From Dehalococcoidia bacterium (GTDB lineage Bacteria > Chloroflexota > Dehalococcoidia > Plut-88900), in the NCBI GenBank assembly GCA_965116945.1, contig OZ220734.1, positions 598,610 to 662,609 of the forward strand: DNA of 64,000 bases. Reading direction: 5' to 3'. The notes under the pieces were generated by a model. That model was not told where the DNA came from. It made no database searches and was given only the letters and a program-made list of their open reading frames with translations. Positions 38,219 to 47,427 of the stretch are shown in pieces. Position 1 is the first letter of the stretch, and each line of letters starts with the position of its first letter. Made by a program: the position numbers and the translations under genes.

Positions 38219-39637
38219 GTGAGGTCCGTTGAGATGCCCCCTAAGACTATGTTCGAGAAGATTTGGGATGCCCATGTGGTGCACCAGGACCCGGGGCAGG
38301 ATGCGATCCTGTATGTGGACCTGCACCTGGTGCATGAGGTGACTTCCCCGCAGGCCTTTGAGGGGCTGCGGTTGTCGGGGAGGGGGGTGCGGAGGCCGGA
38401 GCTGACGGTGGCGACGGTCGACCACTCCATACCGACATGGGAGCGCTCCCGGCCGACGGAAGACCCGATTGCGGCGCAGCAGATCGCTACGATGCAGGAG
38501 AACGCCAAGGACTACGGCCTGCCGTTCTACGACGTGCACAGCGACGGGCAGGGAATCGTGCACGTTATCGGGCCGCAGCTGGGGTACACGCAGCCGGGGA
38601 TGCTGATAGTGTGCGGGGACAGCCATACGTCGACGCACGGGGCGTTTGGGTCGATGGGTATGGCAATCGGGACCACGCAGGCGGAGCACGTGCTGGCGAC
38701 GCAGTGCGTCCAGCAGGCGAACCTGCAGACGATGGAGCTGCGGCTGACGGGGAGCCTGCCCTCGGGGGTGGGGGCGAAGGACATCATCCTGGGGATCATC
38801 GGGGAGATAGGGATAGACGGGGCGAGCGGGTATGCGGTGGAGTACACGGGCGAGGCGATACGGGGCCTTTCGATGGAAGGTCGGATGACGGTATGCAACA
38901 TGTCGATAGAGGCGGGGGCGCGAATCGGGATGGTTGCGCCGGACGAGACGACTTTTGAGTACGTGAAGGGGCGTGGGTTTGCGCCGAAGGGGGAGGCCTG
39001 GGAGGAGGCTGTTGAGAAGTGGCGCAAGCTGCCCACGGACACCGATGCCAAGTACGACCGGTTAGTCGAGATTGACGCGGGGTCGATGGAGCCGTACGTG
39101 ACCTGGGGGACGAACCCGGGAATGGTGGCGAAGGTGTCGGGGAACGTGCCTGATCCGGCGGGTATGGAGTCGGGGGCGGAGAAGGAGGCGACGGAGAGGG
39201 CGCTGCAGTACATGGGCCTCGAGGCTGGGAAGGCTATCGAGGACATCAGGATCGACCGGGCGTTCATAGGGTCGTGCACCAACTCTCGGATCGAGGATCT
39301 GCGAATTGCGGCGGAGGTCGCCAAGGGCAAGAAGGTGGACCCGAAGGTGTATGCGATGGTCGTGCCCGGGTCGTTCGTGGTGAAGCAGCAGGCGGAGCAG
39401 GAGGGGTTGGACCAGGTATTCAAGGACGCGGGTTTCGACTGGCGGGAGGCGGGGTGCTCGATGTGCCTGGGGATGAACCCCGACATTCTGCAGCCGGGCG
39501 AGAGGTGCGCGTCGACGTCCAACCGGAACTTCGAGGGGCGTCAGGGCAAGGGCGGGAGGACTCACCTTGTGAGCCCGGCGATGGCGGCGGCGGCGGCGAT
39601 TGCGGGGCACTTTGTCGATATTCGGGACTGGAGTTAG
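38219..39637 (+). CDS. leuC: 3-isopropylmalate dehydratase large subunit
   Basis: Aconitase-family motifs ([20 protein letters not shown], and the Fe-S cysteines in ...GSCTNSR...CSMC). Confidence 0.95.
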   Translation: MRSVEMPPKTMFEKIWDAHVVHQDPGQDAILYVDLHLVHEVTSPQAFEGLRLSGRGVRRPELTVATVDHSIPTWERSRPTEDPIAAQQIATMQENAKDYGLPFYDVHSDGQGIVHVIGPQLGYTQPGMLIVCGDSHTSTHGAFGSMGMAIGTTQAEHVLATQCVQQANLQTMELRLTGSLPSGVGAKDIILGIIGEIGIDGASGYAVEYTGEAIRGLSMEGRMTVCNMSIEAGARIGMVAPDETTFEYVKGRGFAPKGEAWEEAVEKWRKLPTDTDAKYDRLVEIDAGSMEPYVTWGTNPGMVAKVSGNVPDPAGMESGAEKEATERALQYMGLEAGKAIEDIRIDRAFIGSCTNSRIEDLRIAAEVAKGKKVDPKVYAMVVPGSFVVKQQAEQEGLDQVFKDAGFDWREAGCSMCLGMNPDILQPGERCASTSNRNFEGRQGKGGRTHLVSPAMAAAAAIAGHFVDIRDWS

Positions 39638-39646
39638 GGGGCAGGC

Positions 39647-39850
39647 ATGAAGTTAACCGTTGTTCTCGAACCTAGCGATGAGGGCGGATACACCGTCATT
39701 GTTCCCTCCCTGCCGGGTTGCATAAGCGAAGGGGATAGTCGGGAGGAGGCGTTGACGAATGTGAGGGAAGCGATAGGGCTTTGCCTGGAGCTAACCGAAT
39801 TCGACCACGTAAACAAAGCAAATGATGAGATAGTTTCTCTGACACTCTAA
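39647..39850 (+). CDS. HicB-like (UPF0150) small protein inserted between leuC and leuD
   Basis: MKLTVVLEPSDEGGYTVIVPSLPGCISEGDSREEALTNVREAIGLCLE. Confidence 0.7.
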   Translation: MKLTVVLEPSDEGGYTVIVPSLPGCISEGDSREEALTNVREAIGLCLELTEFDHVNKANDEIVSLTL

Positions 39851-39882
39851 AGCAACTACCAATTCCGAGGTTAATCAGAAGC

Positions 39883-40500
39883 ATGCAAGCATTCAAGACT
39901 TTAACCGCAACCGTGGCCGTTCTGGACCGATCGAATGTGGATACGGACCAGGTTATTCCGAAGCAGTTCCTGAAGAGGATCGAGCGGACGGGATACGGGG
40001 AGTTCCTGTTCTTTGACTGGGGTCGCAAGGAGGATGGGTCGGCGGACCCGGATTTTGAACTGAATCTGCCCCAGTACCAGGGGGCGGGGATCCTGGTGAC
40101 GGGGCCGAACTTTGGGTGCGGGTCATCCCGGGAGCATGCGGTGTGGGCGATTCACCAGCACGGGTTCCAGGCGATAATTGCCCCGTCCTTCGCAGAAATC
40201 TTCCACAAGAACTGCTTCCAGAACGGGTTGTGTCCCGTATTGCTGGAGGAGAAGCAGGTGTCGGAGATCATGGAAAGGGCTCGGGGGAAGGCGCCCGGGT
40301 CATATTCGCTGACCATTGACCTGGAATCGTGCGTACTCTTCGATAGCGAAGGCTTCGAGCTTCCCTTTGTAATCCACCAGGACAAGGCCACGCACGATTT
40401 CCGGCGTCGGTGCCTGTTGGACGGGTTGGACGAGATAGACCTGACGCTGCAACACGAGGATGCGATTCTCGCCTACGAAAAGGCCCGCGGGATAGCCTAA
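39883..40500 (+). CDS. leuD: 3-isopropylmalate dehydratase small subunit
   Basis: 205 aa LeuD/aconitase swivel domain; follows leuC. Confidence 0.92.
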   Translation: MQAFKTLTATVAVLDRSNVDTDQVIPKQFLKRIERTGYGEFLFFDWGRKEDGSADPDFELNLPQYQGAGILVTGPNFGCGSSREHAVWAIHQHGFQAIIAPSFAEIFHKNCFQNGLCPVLLEEKQVSEIMERARGKAPGSYSLTIDLESCVLFDSEGFELPFVIHQDKATHDFRRRCLLDGLDEIDLTLQHEDAILAYEKARGIA

Positions 40501-40512
40501 AGGGGGTCGGTC

Positions 40513-41991
40513 ATGGACTGGCGGGAGGACTACAAGCGGAAGCTCGGGTCTCCGGAGGATGCGGCCGCCCGCGTGAAGTCGGGGGACCTGGTGCACACAG
40601 GCCTCCTGCCCATGCCGCGGTTGATTGCGGATGCGATAGTCGGGCGTCGGGAAGAATTGGGGCACCTGGACGTTACGATGGTCGAGCCGGAGTACGATCC
40701 GGGCTTCCTGGACAACGCTTTCTCGGACAAGTTTTCCGTCACTGTCGAAATCCACATAGGCAGTGTGGCGATCGATGCGATGGACGAGAAGAGGGTCGAC
40801 TACTCGCCGGTGCTGTTTTCCACGTGGTTCAAGCCGGTGACCGACCCTCGGCCTAACTTCCGGACGCCGGACGTGTTCCTGTGCACGGTGTCGCCGCCCG
40901 ACGAAAACGGGTATTGCAGCTTCGGGGCGGACCTGTGGAACAAGCACACCCTTGCCAATATCTCCGGCACGGTCCTGGCGGAGGTGGATGAACGGTTCAT
41001 CCGCACTTACGGGGACAACCACATCCACGTTTCCGAGATAGACGCCTTCGTGGAAAACACGCCCCCGCCGATGCACGACGAGGAGTTGGAAGGCATCATC
41101 GAGGCCATTGAGGAGGCGGACAGACGGGAGACGCTCAGGGAGATCGCGGGAGCTCTGGAGTTTGAAAGGCGTCGGGACTTTGTGCCGCAGCTGGCGGACC
41201 TTGAGTTATCGCAGATGCGGCAGTGGGCGGGGTTCTACGCGGGCCTATCGGACCCGGGCCCCGGGCCCCGGCGGATTGCCGAGTATGCTTCCGAGATGGT
41301 GCCGGATGGCGCGACCATCCAGCTCGGGACGGGGACGCCTTCAACGCTTCTGCCGAGCCTCGGGGCGTTTGACGAGAAGCATGACCTGGGCATTCACTCG
41401 GAGATGGGCGCTCCGGGGATGATAGACCTTATAGAAAAGGGTGTTGTGACGGGCAAGTACACCAACACTCATCCCGGGGTGGCCCGGCTCAGCGCGCTGA
41501 CAGCTACGAAGATCAGCGAGCAGAAGTGGGCGGAGTACAACCCCAAGCTGGAACTGCTGGAATCCCACGACGTGGTGAACATTGCGGCGATATCGCAGAT
41601 TGACAACATGTGCACGATCAACAACGCGTTGTCGGTGGACCTGTACGGGCAGATAAACTCGGAGACGGTGTTCGGGGGACGGCTGGTGGCGGGGACCGGG
41701 GGGCAGACGGAGCTTCACATCGGGGCTACGCAGTCAAAGGGGGGTCGGGGGATAATCCTGCTAAGGTCCACGGCATTAGGGGGCTCGATGTCCCGGATAG
41801 TGCCTCAGCTGGAGGAGGGGGCGATCGTGACCATACCCCGGACCTTCGCCGACATAGTGATAACGGAGTACGGGGTGGCGCAGCTGATGGGGAAGTCGAA
41901 CCGGCAGAGGGCGGAGGAGCTGATAAGCATTGCGCACCCGGACTTCAGGGCGGAGCTGCGTCGGGAGGCGGAGAGGATGATGTGGCCGTAG
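40513..41991 (+). CDS. Acetyl-CoA hydrolase/transferase family protein (4-hydroxybutyrate CoA-transferase-like), copy 1
   Basis: 492 aa; N- and C-terminal AcetylCoA_hydro domains (...GTGTPSTL...GGQTELH...). Confidence 0.8.
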   Translation: MDWREDYKRKLGSPEDAAARVKSGDLVHTGLLPMPRLIADAIVGRREELGHLDVTMVEPEYDPGFLDNAFSDKFSVTVEIHIGSVAIDAMDEKRVDYSPVLFSTWFKPVTDPRPNFRTPDVFLCTVSPPDENGYCSFGADLWNKHTLANISGTVLAEVDERFIRTYGDNHIHVSEIDAFVENTPPPMHDEELEGIIEAIEEADRRETLREIAGALEFERRRDFVPQLADLELSQMRQWAGFYAGLSDPGPGPRRIAEYASEMVPDGATIQLGTGTPSTLLPSLGAFDEKHDLGIHSEMGAPGMIDLIEKGVVTGKYTNTHPGVARLSALTATKISEQKWAEYNPKLELLESHDVVNIAAISQIDNMCTINNALSVDLYGQINSETVFGGRLVAGTGGQTELHIGATQSKGGRGIILLRSTALGGSMSRIVPQLEEGAIVTIPRTFADIVITEYGVAQLMGKSNRQRAEELISIAHPDFRAELRREAERMMWP

Positions 41992-41999
41992 GGGTAGAG

Positions 42000-42075
42000 G
42001 CACGGCATCACCCTCACCCTAACCCTCTCACGCCTGAAGCGCATCTTCGACCCATCAAGGGAGAGGGGACCGGGG
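42000..42075. repeat. Module A-prime repeat variant at the duplication junction
   Basis: ATCACCCTCACCCTAACCCTCTCACGCCTGAAGCGCATCTTCGACCCATCAAGGGAGAGGGGA. Confidence 0.7.
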
Positions 42076-42157
42076 TACAAGACCGATCCTGAATCAGGTC
42101 GGTTACTAAGCAGCGATTTCTAAAAGGCCCGCGGGATATCCTAAAGGAGGTCGGTCA

Positions 42158-43634
42158 TAGACTGGCGAGAGGACTACAAGCGCAAACTCGGGTCTCCGGA
42201 GGATGCGGCGGCGCTGGTCAAGTCGGGGGACCTGGTACACACAGGATCTCTGCCCATACCCCGGCTGATTGCGGATGCAATAGTTGCGCGTCGGGAGGAG
42301 TTTGAGCATCTGGACGTCAAGATGGACGCCCCAGAGTACGACCCCGGATTCCTGGACAACGCCTTCTCTGACAAATTCTCCGTCACCGTCGAAATCCACA
42401 TAGGCAACGTGGCAATCGATGCGATGGACGAGAGACGGATAGACTACTCGCCGGTATTGTTTTCCACGTGGTTCAAGCCGGTGACCGATCCCAGGCCGGA
42501 CTCTCGGGCGCCGGACGTGTACCTGTGCACCGTATCGCCGCCCGATAAGAACGGTTACTGCAGCTTCGGGGCGGACCTGTGGAACAAGCACACGTTTACT
42601 AAGATATCTCGAACCGTTTTGGCTGAAGTCGACGAACGGTACATTCGCACATTTGGCGACAACTACATTCACGTATCGGAGATAGATGCCTTTGTGGAGA
42701 ACACTCCTCCACCGATGCTGGACGAGGAGCTCGACGGGATCATTGCGTCGATAGGCGAAGCTGAGAGGCGGGAGACGCTGAGGGAGATTGCGTCGGTGCT
42801 GGAGTTTGACAGGCGTCGGGACTTTATTCCGCAAGTCGCCGACCTAGACTCAGCCCAAATGCGACAATGGGCGGCGTACTATGCGGGCCTGTCGGACCCG
42901 GGCCCGGACGTGCGTCGGATGGCCGAGTACGTTTCCGAGATGGTCCCGGACGGCGCGACGCTACAAATTGGTATGGGGACCCCTTCAACCCTGCTGGCGA
43001 CTCTGGGCACCTTCGACAAGAAGCATGACCTGGGGATTCACTCGGAGATGGGTGCGCCGGGGATGATCGACCTTATAGAGAAAGGCATTGTGACAGGCAA
43101 GTACACAAACACACATCCGGGTGTGGCAAGGCTCAGCGCCCTGACGGCCACGAATATCCGCGAGCAGAATTGGGCGGAATACAACCCCAAGCTGGAACTG
43201 CTGGAGTCCCGCGACGTGGTGAACATTGCGGCGATTTCGCAGATCGACAACATGTGCACGATAAACAACGCTTTGTCGGTGGACCTGTACGGGCAGATCA
43301 ACTCGGAAACGGTGTTCGGGGGCCGGCTGGTGGCGGGGACCGGGGGGCAGACGGAGCTTCACATCGGGGCTACGCAGTCGAAGGGGGGTCGGGGGATCAT
43401 CCTGCTAAGGTCGACGGCTTTAGGGGGTCGATGTCCCGGATAGTTCCACAGCTGGAGGAAGGGGCGATCGTGACCATACCCCGGACTTTCGCCGACATCG
43501 TGATAACGGAGTACGGGGTGGCGCAGCTAATGGGGAAGTCGAACCGGCAGAGAGCGGAGGAGCTGATAAGCATTGCACACCCAGACTTCCGGGCAGAGCT
43601 GCGTCGGGAGGCGGAGAGGATGATGTGGCCTTAG
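42158..43634 (+). pseudogene. Degraded tandem duplicate of the acetyl-CoA hydrolase/transferase gene (start ATG to ATA; a 1-nt deletion frameshift near the 3-prime end)
   Basis: GGTCGGTCATAGACTGG here versus GGTCGGTCATGGACTGG in copy 1. ORF 42322-43443 ends ...LGGRCPG* where copy 1 reads ...LGGSMSRIVPQ. The remaining C-terminus continues in the +1 frame (43170-43634). Confidence 0.75.
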
Positions 43635-43661
43635 GGGTGGTTACCTCTTTGCGTCCTACGT

Positions 43662-44339
43662 ATGGCTAAGCACGACTATATTTTTGTGGATGAGTCGGGA
43701 GACCCGGGGTACAAGATCGACCCTGAATCGGGCCAACTACTAAGCAGCAGTTTCTATATCGCCGCCGCCTTGCATTTGAGTGATGACGCCTTTGCAGGCC
43801 TGAACAAGCACATGGCGGCGTTCAGGTACTACTCGGGGCTGAACAGGGAGTTGAAGATTCCGCCGTCTCGGGAGGAATTTTCAAGGCTTCTGGGCCCGGT
43901 AAAGGTTATGGCGGAGGCGGGTGCGGACATTCGGGCGTCGGTAGTGTACTTGGACAAGCGCAAATACAACGGCAGATTTCTGAAGGGTGGAAAGGGCAGA
44001 CCTCCCGAGCCGTTCAAGTTCAGAAACTACATCCTAAGGCTTCTGCTGGTTCACCACTTCCATATATACGGTCTCATTTCAGGCCAATATGACCTTGTAC
44101 TCGACAGGGTTCCGATAGACAGAGCAATGATTGGTGGGATACGGAACGGGTTGGTCAGAAACAGAAATATTCCCTCTCCAGCATATATCACTCACGCCGC
44201 ATCAATTTACGTGGAAGGTTTACAGGTAGTGCATCACATAGCGAACGGATTTCAAAGTGCGGTGGAGGGGTTGGAAGTCCCTGCGGAGCTTTCCTTTGTC
44301 AGTGCGCGGGACATAACCACAAGACAGCGGATATTCTGA
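43662..44339 (+). CDS. DUF3800 family protein
   Basis: N-terminal YIFVDESGDPG, the hallmark start of DUF3800 proteins (recalled). Confidence 0.55.
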   Translation: MAKHDYIFVDESGDPGYKIDPESGQLLSSSFYIAAALHLSDDAFAGLNKHMAAFRYYSGLNRELKIPPSREEFSRLLGPVKVMAEAGADIRASVVYLDKRKYNGRFLKGGKGRPPEPFKFRNYILRLLLVHHFHIYGLISGQYDLVLDRVPIDRAMIGGIRNGLVRNRNIPSPAYITHAASIYVEGLQVVHHIANGFQSAVEGLEVPAELSFVSARDITTRQRIF

Positions 44340-44348
44340 ACAAAAGCT

Positions 44349-44396
44349 GGGCTAGGTCGGACCTCCATGCTTCGGGAGGTCTGCCTAGCCCACAAG
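44349..44396 (+). terminator. Imperfect hairpin downstream of the DUF3800 gene
   Basis: GGCTAGGTCGGACCTCC...GGAGGTCTGCCTAGCC, followed by a weak T-rich tract. Confidence 0.3.
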
Positions 44397-44456
44397 AGGT
44401 TGTAACTTAATGCAACCTGCCTTTTAATTTTGGTGCATAAACCTGAGGCTGTCAAC

Positions 44457-45938
44457 ATGGACTGGCAAGAGGAATATAAGCGTAAGCTGGTTTCGGCGGA
44501 GGAGGCTGTGGGGCTGGTGAAGTCGGGGGACAGGGTGGAGATATCCATCTTCCCCACGCCATCGCTGTTGCCTCCTGCGCTGCATGAGCGCAGGGAAGAG
44601 CTCCGAGGGGTCGAAACGGTGATGCCGGAGCCCGCTTATCCGATGCCGTGGTTTGAGCCGGGGTACGATGAGTCGTTCTCCAGCACGCTGGAGGTCCACG
44701 TGGGGATGGGTGGTGCGAGGCCGGTCGTCGACGAGAAAAGGGCGGACTACTACCCTATCCTGTTTTCGCTATGGCACAAGCCCCACTTTGACAGGCCCAA
44801 TACTGCGCCGCCTATCGACGTTTTCATGTGCACGGTGTCGCCGCCTGACAAGAACGGGTATTGCAGCTTCGGTGGGCATTTGTGGAACAAGCGGGTGCTG
44901 GCGAGGCATGCAAAGGTGGTGCTTGCTGAGGTGGACGATACGTTCATCAGGACACACGGGACAAACTACATCCACATTTCGGAGATAGACCGGTTCGTAG
45001 ACAACTCTCCCAAGCTGATGCCCGACGAGGAGATGGAGCAAATCATCCGGGCTATGCCGGACGAGGAAGGGAGCCGGGAGCTGAGGGCGGTGGCTGAACG
45101 AGTCGAGGTCGAGCGTCGGTACGATTTTATCCCCAAGCTGGCCATGATGGACGGGGCCACCATCCGGGGGTGGGCGCAGGTCTACGGATACCAGAGTGAA
45201 ACGGAGCCAATGGCGCTGACTATAGGCCAGTATGTGGCCGAACTGATACCGGATGGGTCGTGCTTACAGGTAGGCGGAGGGACGCCGTCCACGTTGATCC
45301 CCGGGATGGGGGTGCTGGACGAGAAGCAAGACCTGGGGGTGCACTCTGAGATGTCCGCTCGGGGGTTGGTGGAGCTGGTCCGGAAGGGCGTGGTCACCGG
45401 GAAGCGGAAGAATTTTCATCCGGGCAAGTACATAGTCTCGGCGCTTACGGCTTGCACGCAGGACGAGATCCGGTTCACCCACAATAATCCGATGTTCGAG
45501 CTCTATGACTCCCACTACGTGGTCAATATCGCCAACGTATCGGCCAACGACAACATGGTGTCCATAAACAGCGCCCTGGCCATAGACCTGACGGGCCAGA
45601 TCACGGCCGAAACGGTGTTCGGGGGAAGGCTGATAGCTGGGACGGGAGGACAGCCGGAGCTTCACATGGGGGCGATCAACTCCCGAGGGGGTCGGGCGAT
45701 CACGTGCTTGAGGTCGACGGCGATGGGTGGGGTGATGTCGAGGATCGTTCCCCAGCATGACGCGGGCACGGCGATCACGGTGACCCGGGGTTTTGCGGAC
45801 TACGTGGTGACGGAATACGGTGTGGCCAGCCTGCTGGGCAAAACCTTCCGTCAAAGGGCGGAAGAGCTAATCAACGTCGCACATCCTGACTTCCGGGCCG
45901 AGCTTCGCCAGGAAGCGCAGAAGCTCTTCTACCCGTGA
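44457..45938 (+). CDS. Acetyl-CoA hydrolase/transferase family protein, copy 3
   Basis: Start at MDWQEEYKRKL (the ORF's 9-aa extension was rejected). About 45-50% identical to copy 1. Confidence 0.8.
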   Translation: MDWQEEYKRKLVSAEEAVGLVKSGDRVEISIFPTPSLLPPALHERREELRGVETVMPEPAYPMPWFEPGYDESFSSTLEVHVGMGGARPVVDEKRADYYPILFSLWHKPHFDRPNTAPPIDVFMCTVSPPDKNGYCSFGGHLWNKRVLARHAKVVLAEVDDTFIRTHGTNYIHISEIDRFVDNSPKLMPDEEMEQIIRAMPDEEGSRELRAVAERVEVERRYDFIPKLAMMDGATIRGWAQVYGYQSETEPMALTIGQYVAELIPDGSCLQVGGGTPSTLIPGMGVLDEKQDLGVHSEMSARGLVELVRKGVVTGKRKNFHPGKYIVSALTACTQDEIRFTHNNPMFELYDSHYVVNIANVSANDNMVSINSALAIDLTGQITAETVFGGRLIAGTGGQPELHMGAINSRGGRAITCLRSTAMGGVMSRIVPQHDAGTAITVTRGFADYVVTEYGVASLLGKTFRQRAEELINVAHPDFRAELRQEAQKLFYP

Positions 45939-45945
45939 GCCGCTG

Positions 45946-47427
45946 ATGGACTGGCAAGAGCACTACAAACGGAAGCTGGTCAGCACTGACGAGGCCGTGA
46001 AGCTCGTGAAGTCGGGGGACAGGGTGGAGATCGCCATGTCACCTACGCCCTCGGTGTTGCCGCCAGCGCTGGGGAAGCGCTGGCCCGAACTCAAGGGCGT
46101 TGAGACTGTCATGTCCGAGCCGGCCTACGACATGCCGTGGTATGAGCCGGGACAGGAGGGGTCGTTATCGACTACGCTAACCGTCCATGTGGGGATGAGC
46201 GGGAGTGGGATGATGATCGACGAAAGGCGAGGCGACTATCTGCCTTCACTGTTCTCCCTATGGCACAAGCCGTTGGACGACCGCCGCACTGATGCTCCAC
46301 CCGTCGATGTGTTTATGTGCACGGTGTCGCCGCCGGACAAGAACGGGTATTGCAGTTTCGGGCCGTACCTGTGGTACAAGCGGCAGCTGGCCAGGCACGC
46401 CAAGGTGGTGCTGGCGGAGGTCAACGATACCTACATCCGGACGTATGGAACCAACTACATCCATGTATCCGAGATTGACCGGTTTGTAGACAACTCGTCG
46501 AGGGCAATGCCCGATGAAGAGATGGAGGCGATTATCCGGGGCATGGAGGACGAAGAGGCGAAGGAGGAGCTAAAGGCCATATCCAGCCGGATAGAACCAT
46601 TGAGGCGCTACGAGCTAATTCCGAAGCTGACGAAGATGGAAGCCCAGGCGATGCGGCGATGGGCTGAATCGATGGGGTTTCAAAGTGAGCCGGAGCCCGT
46701 GGCCCTGGCCATATGCCGTCAGGTCGCAGAGCTTATTCCCGATGGGTCTTGCCTTCAGGTCGGGGGTGGGACGCCGTCCACGCTGCTGCCGAGTCTGGGG
46801 GTGCTGGATGAAAAGCGTGACCTAGGGTTCCATTCGGAGATGTCTCCGAGGGGTGTAATAGACCTGGTGCGGAAAGGAGTAATGACCGGCAAGCGAAAGA
46901 ATTTCCATACGGGGAAGTATGTCTCCTCATCGCTTTCCAACTGCACACAGGATGAGATCCAGTTCGCGCACAACAATCCGATGTTCGAGCTAAGAGATAC
47001 GTCATACGTGGTGAACATAGCGAACGTGGCATCTAACAACAACATGGTCTCAGTGAACAGCGCGATAGCGATAGATCTCACGGGGCAGATCACTGCGGAG
47101 ACGGTGTTCGGGGGGAGGTTGATAGCGGGGACCGGGGGCCAGCCTGAGCTTCACATGGGTGCGTTAAGCTCCCGAGGGGGTCGGGCGATCACGTGCCTGA
47201 GGTCCACGGCGATGAAGGGGGTGGTGTCGCGTATCGTGCCGCAACACGAGGCGGGGACTGCGATAACTGTGCCTCGGGGGTATGCGGACTACGTGGTGAC
47301 GGAATACGGTGTGGCCAGCCTGTTCGGCAAGACGTTCAGGCAGAGGGCCGAGGAACTGATAAGCGTCGCTCACCCGGATTTCCGCGCCGAATTGCGTCGG
47401 GAAGCGCAGAAGCTGTTTTATCCGTGA
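45946..47427 (+). CDS. Acetyl-CoA hydrolase/transferase family protein, copy 4
   Basis: MDWQEHYKRKL...; close paralogue of copy 3. Confidence 0.8.
   Translation: MDWQEHYKRKLVSTDEAVKLVKSGDRVEIAMSPTPSVLPPALGKRWPELKGVETVMSEPAYDMPWYEPGQEGSLSTTLTVHVGMSGSGMMIDERRGDYLPSLFSLWHKPLDDRRTDAPPVDVFMCTVSPPDKNGYCSFGPYLWYKRQLARHAKVVLAEVNDTYIRTYGTNYIHVSEIDRFVDNSSRAMPDEEMEAIIRGMEDEEAKEELKAISSRIEPLRRYELIPKLTKMEAQAMRRWAESMGFQSEPEPVALAICRQVAELIPDGSCLQVGGGTPSTLLPSLGVLDEKRDLGFHSEMSPRGVIDLVRKGVMTGKRKNFHTGKYVSSSLSNCTQDEIQFAHNNPMFELRDTSYVVNIANVASNNNMVSVNSAIAIDLTGQITAETVFGGRLIAGTGGQPELHMGALSSRGGRAITCLRSTAMKGVVSRIVPQHEAGTAITVPRGYADYVVTEYGVASLFGKTFRQRAEELISVAHPDFRAELRREAQKLFYP

Noticed and set aside
38158-38508. The N-terminal 117 aa of ORF 36937-38508 (Cys/Ser-rich; [15 protein letters not shown]...).
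   Set aside because: It overlaps the well-supported leuC gene (38219-39637) on the opposite strand and is low-complexity. The NurA-like gene more likely starts at the Met at 38157 or 38079.
39640-39880. Searched for a HicA-like toxin partner next to each HicB-like gene (9323-9451, 39851-39882, 49117-49211, 49425-49500).
   Set aside because: No ORF with the HicA double-stranded-RNA-binding fold was visible; only 16-26-aa junk ORFs. Very short genes could still be missed by eye.
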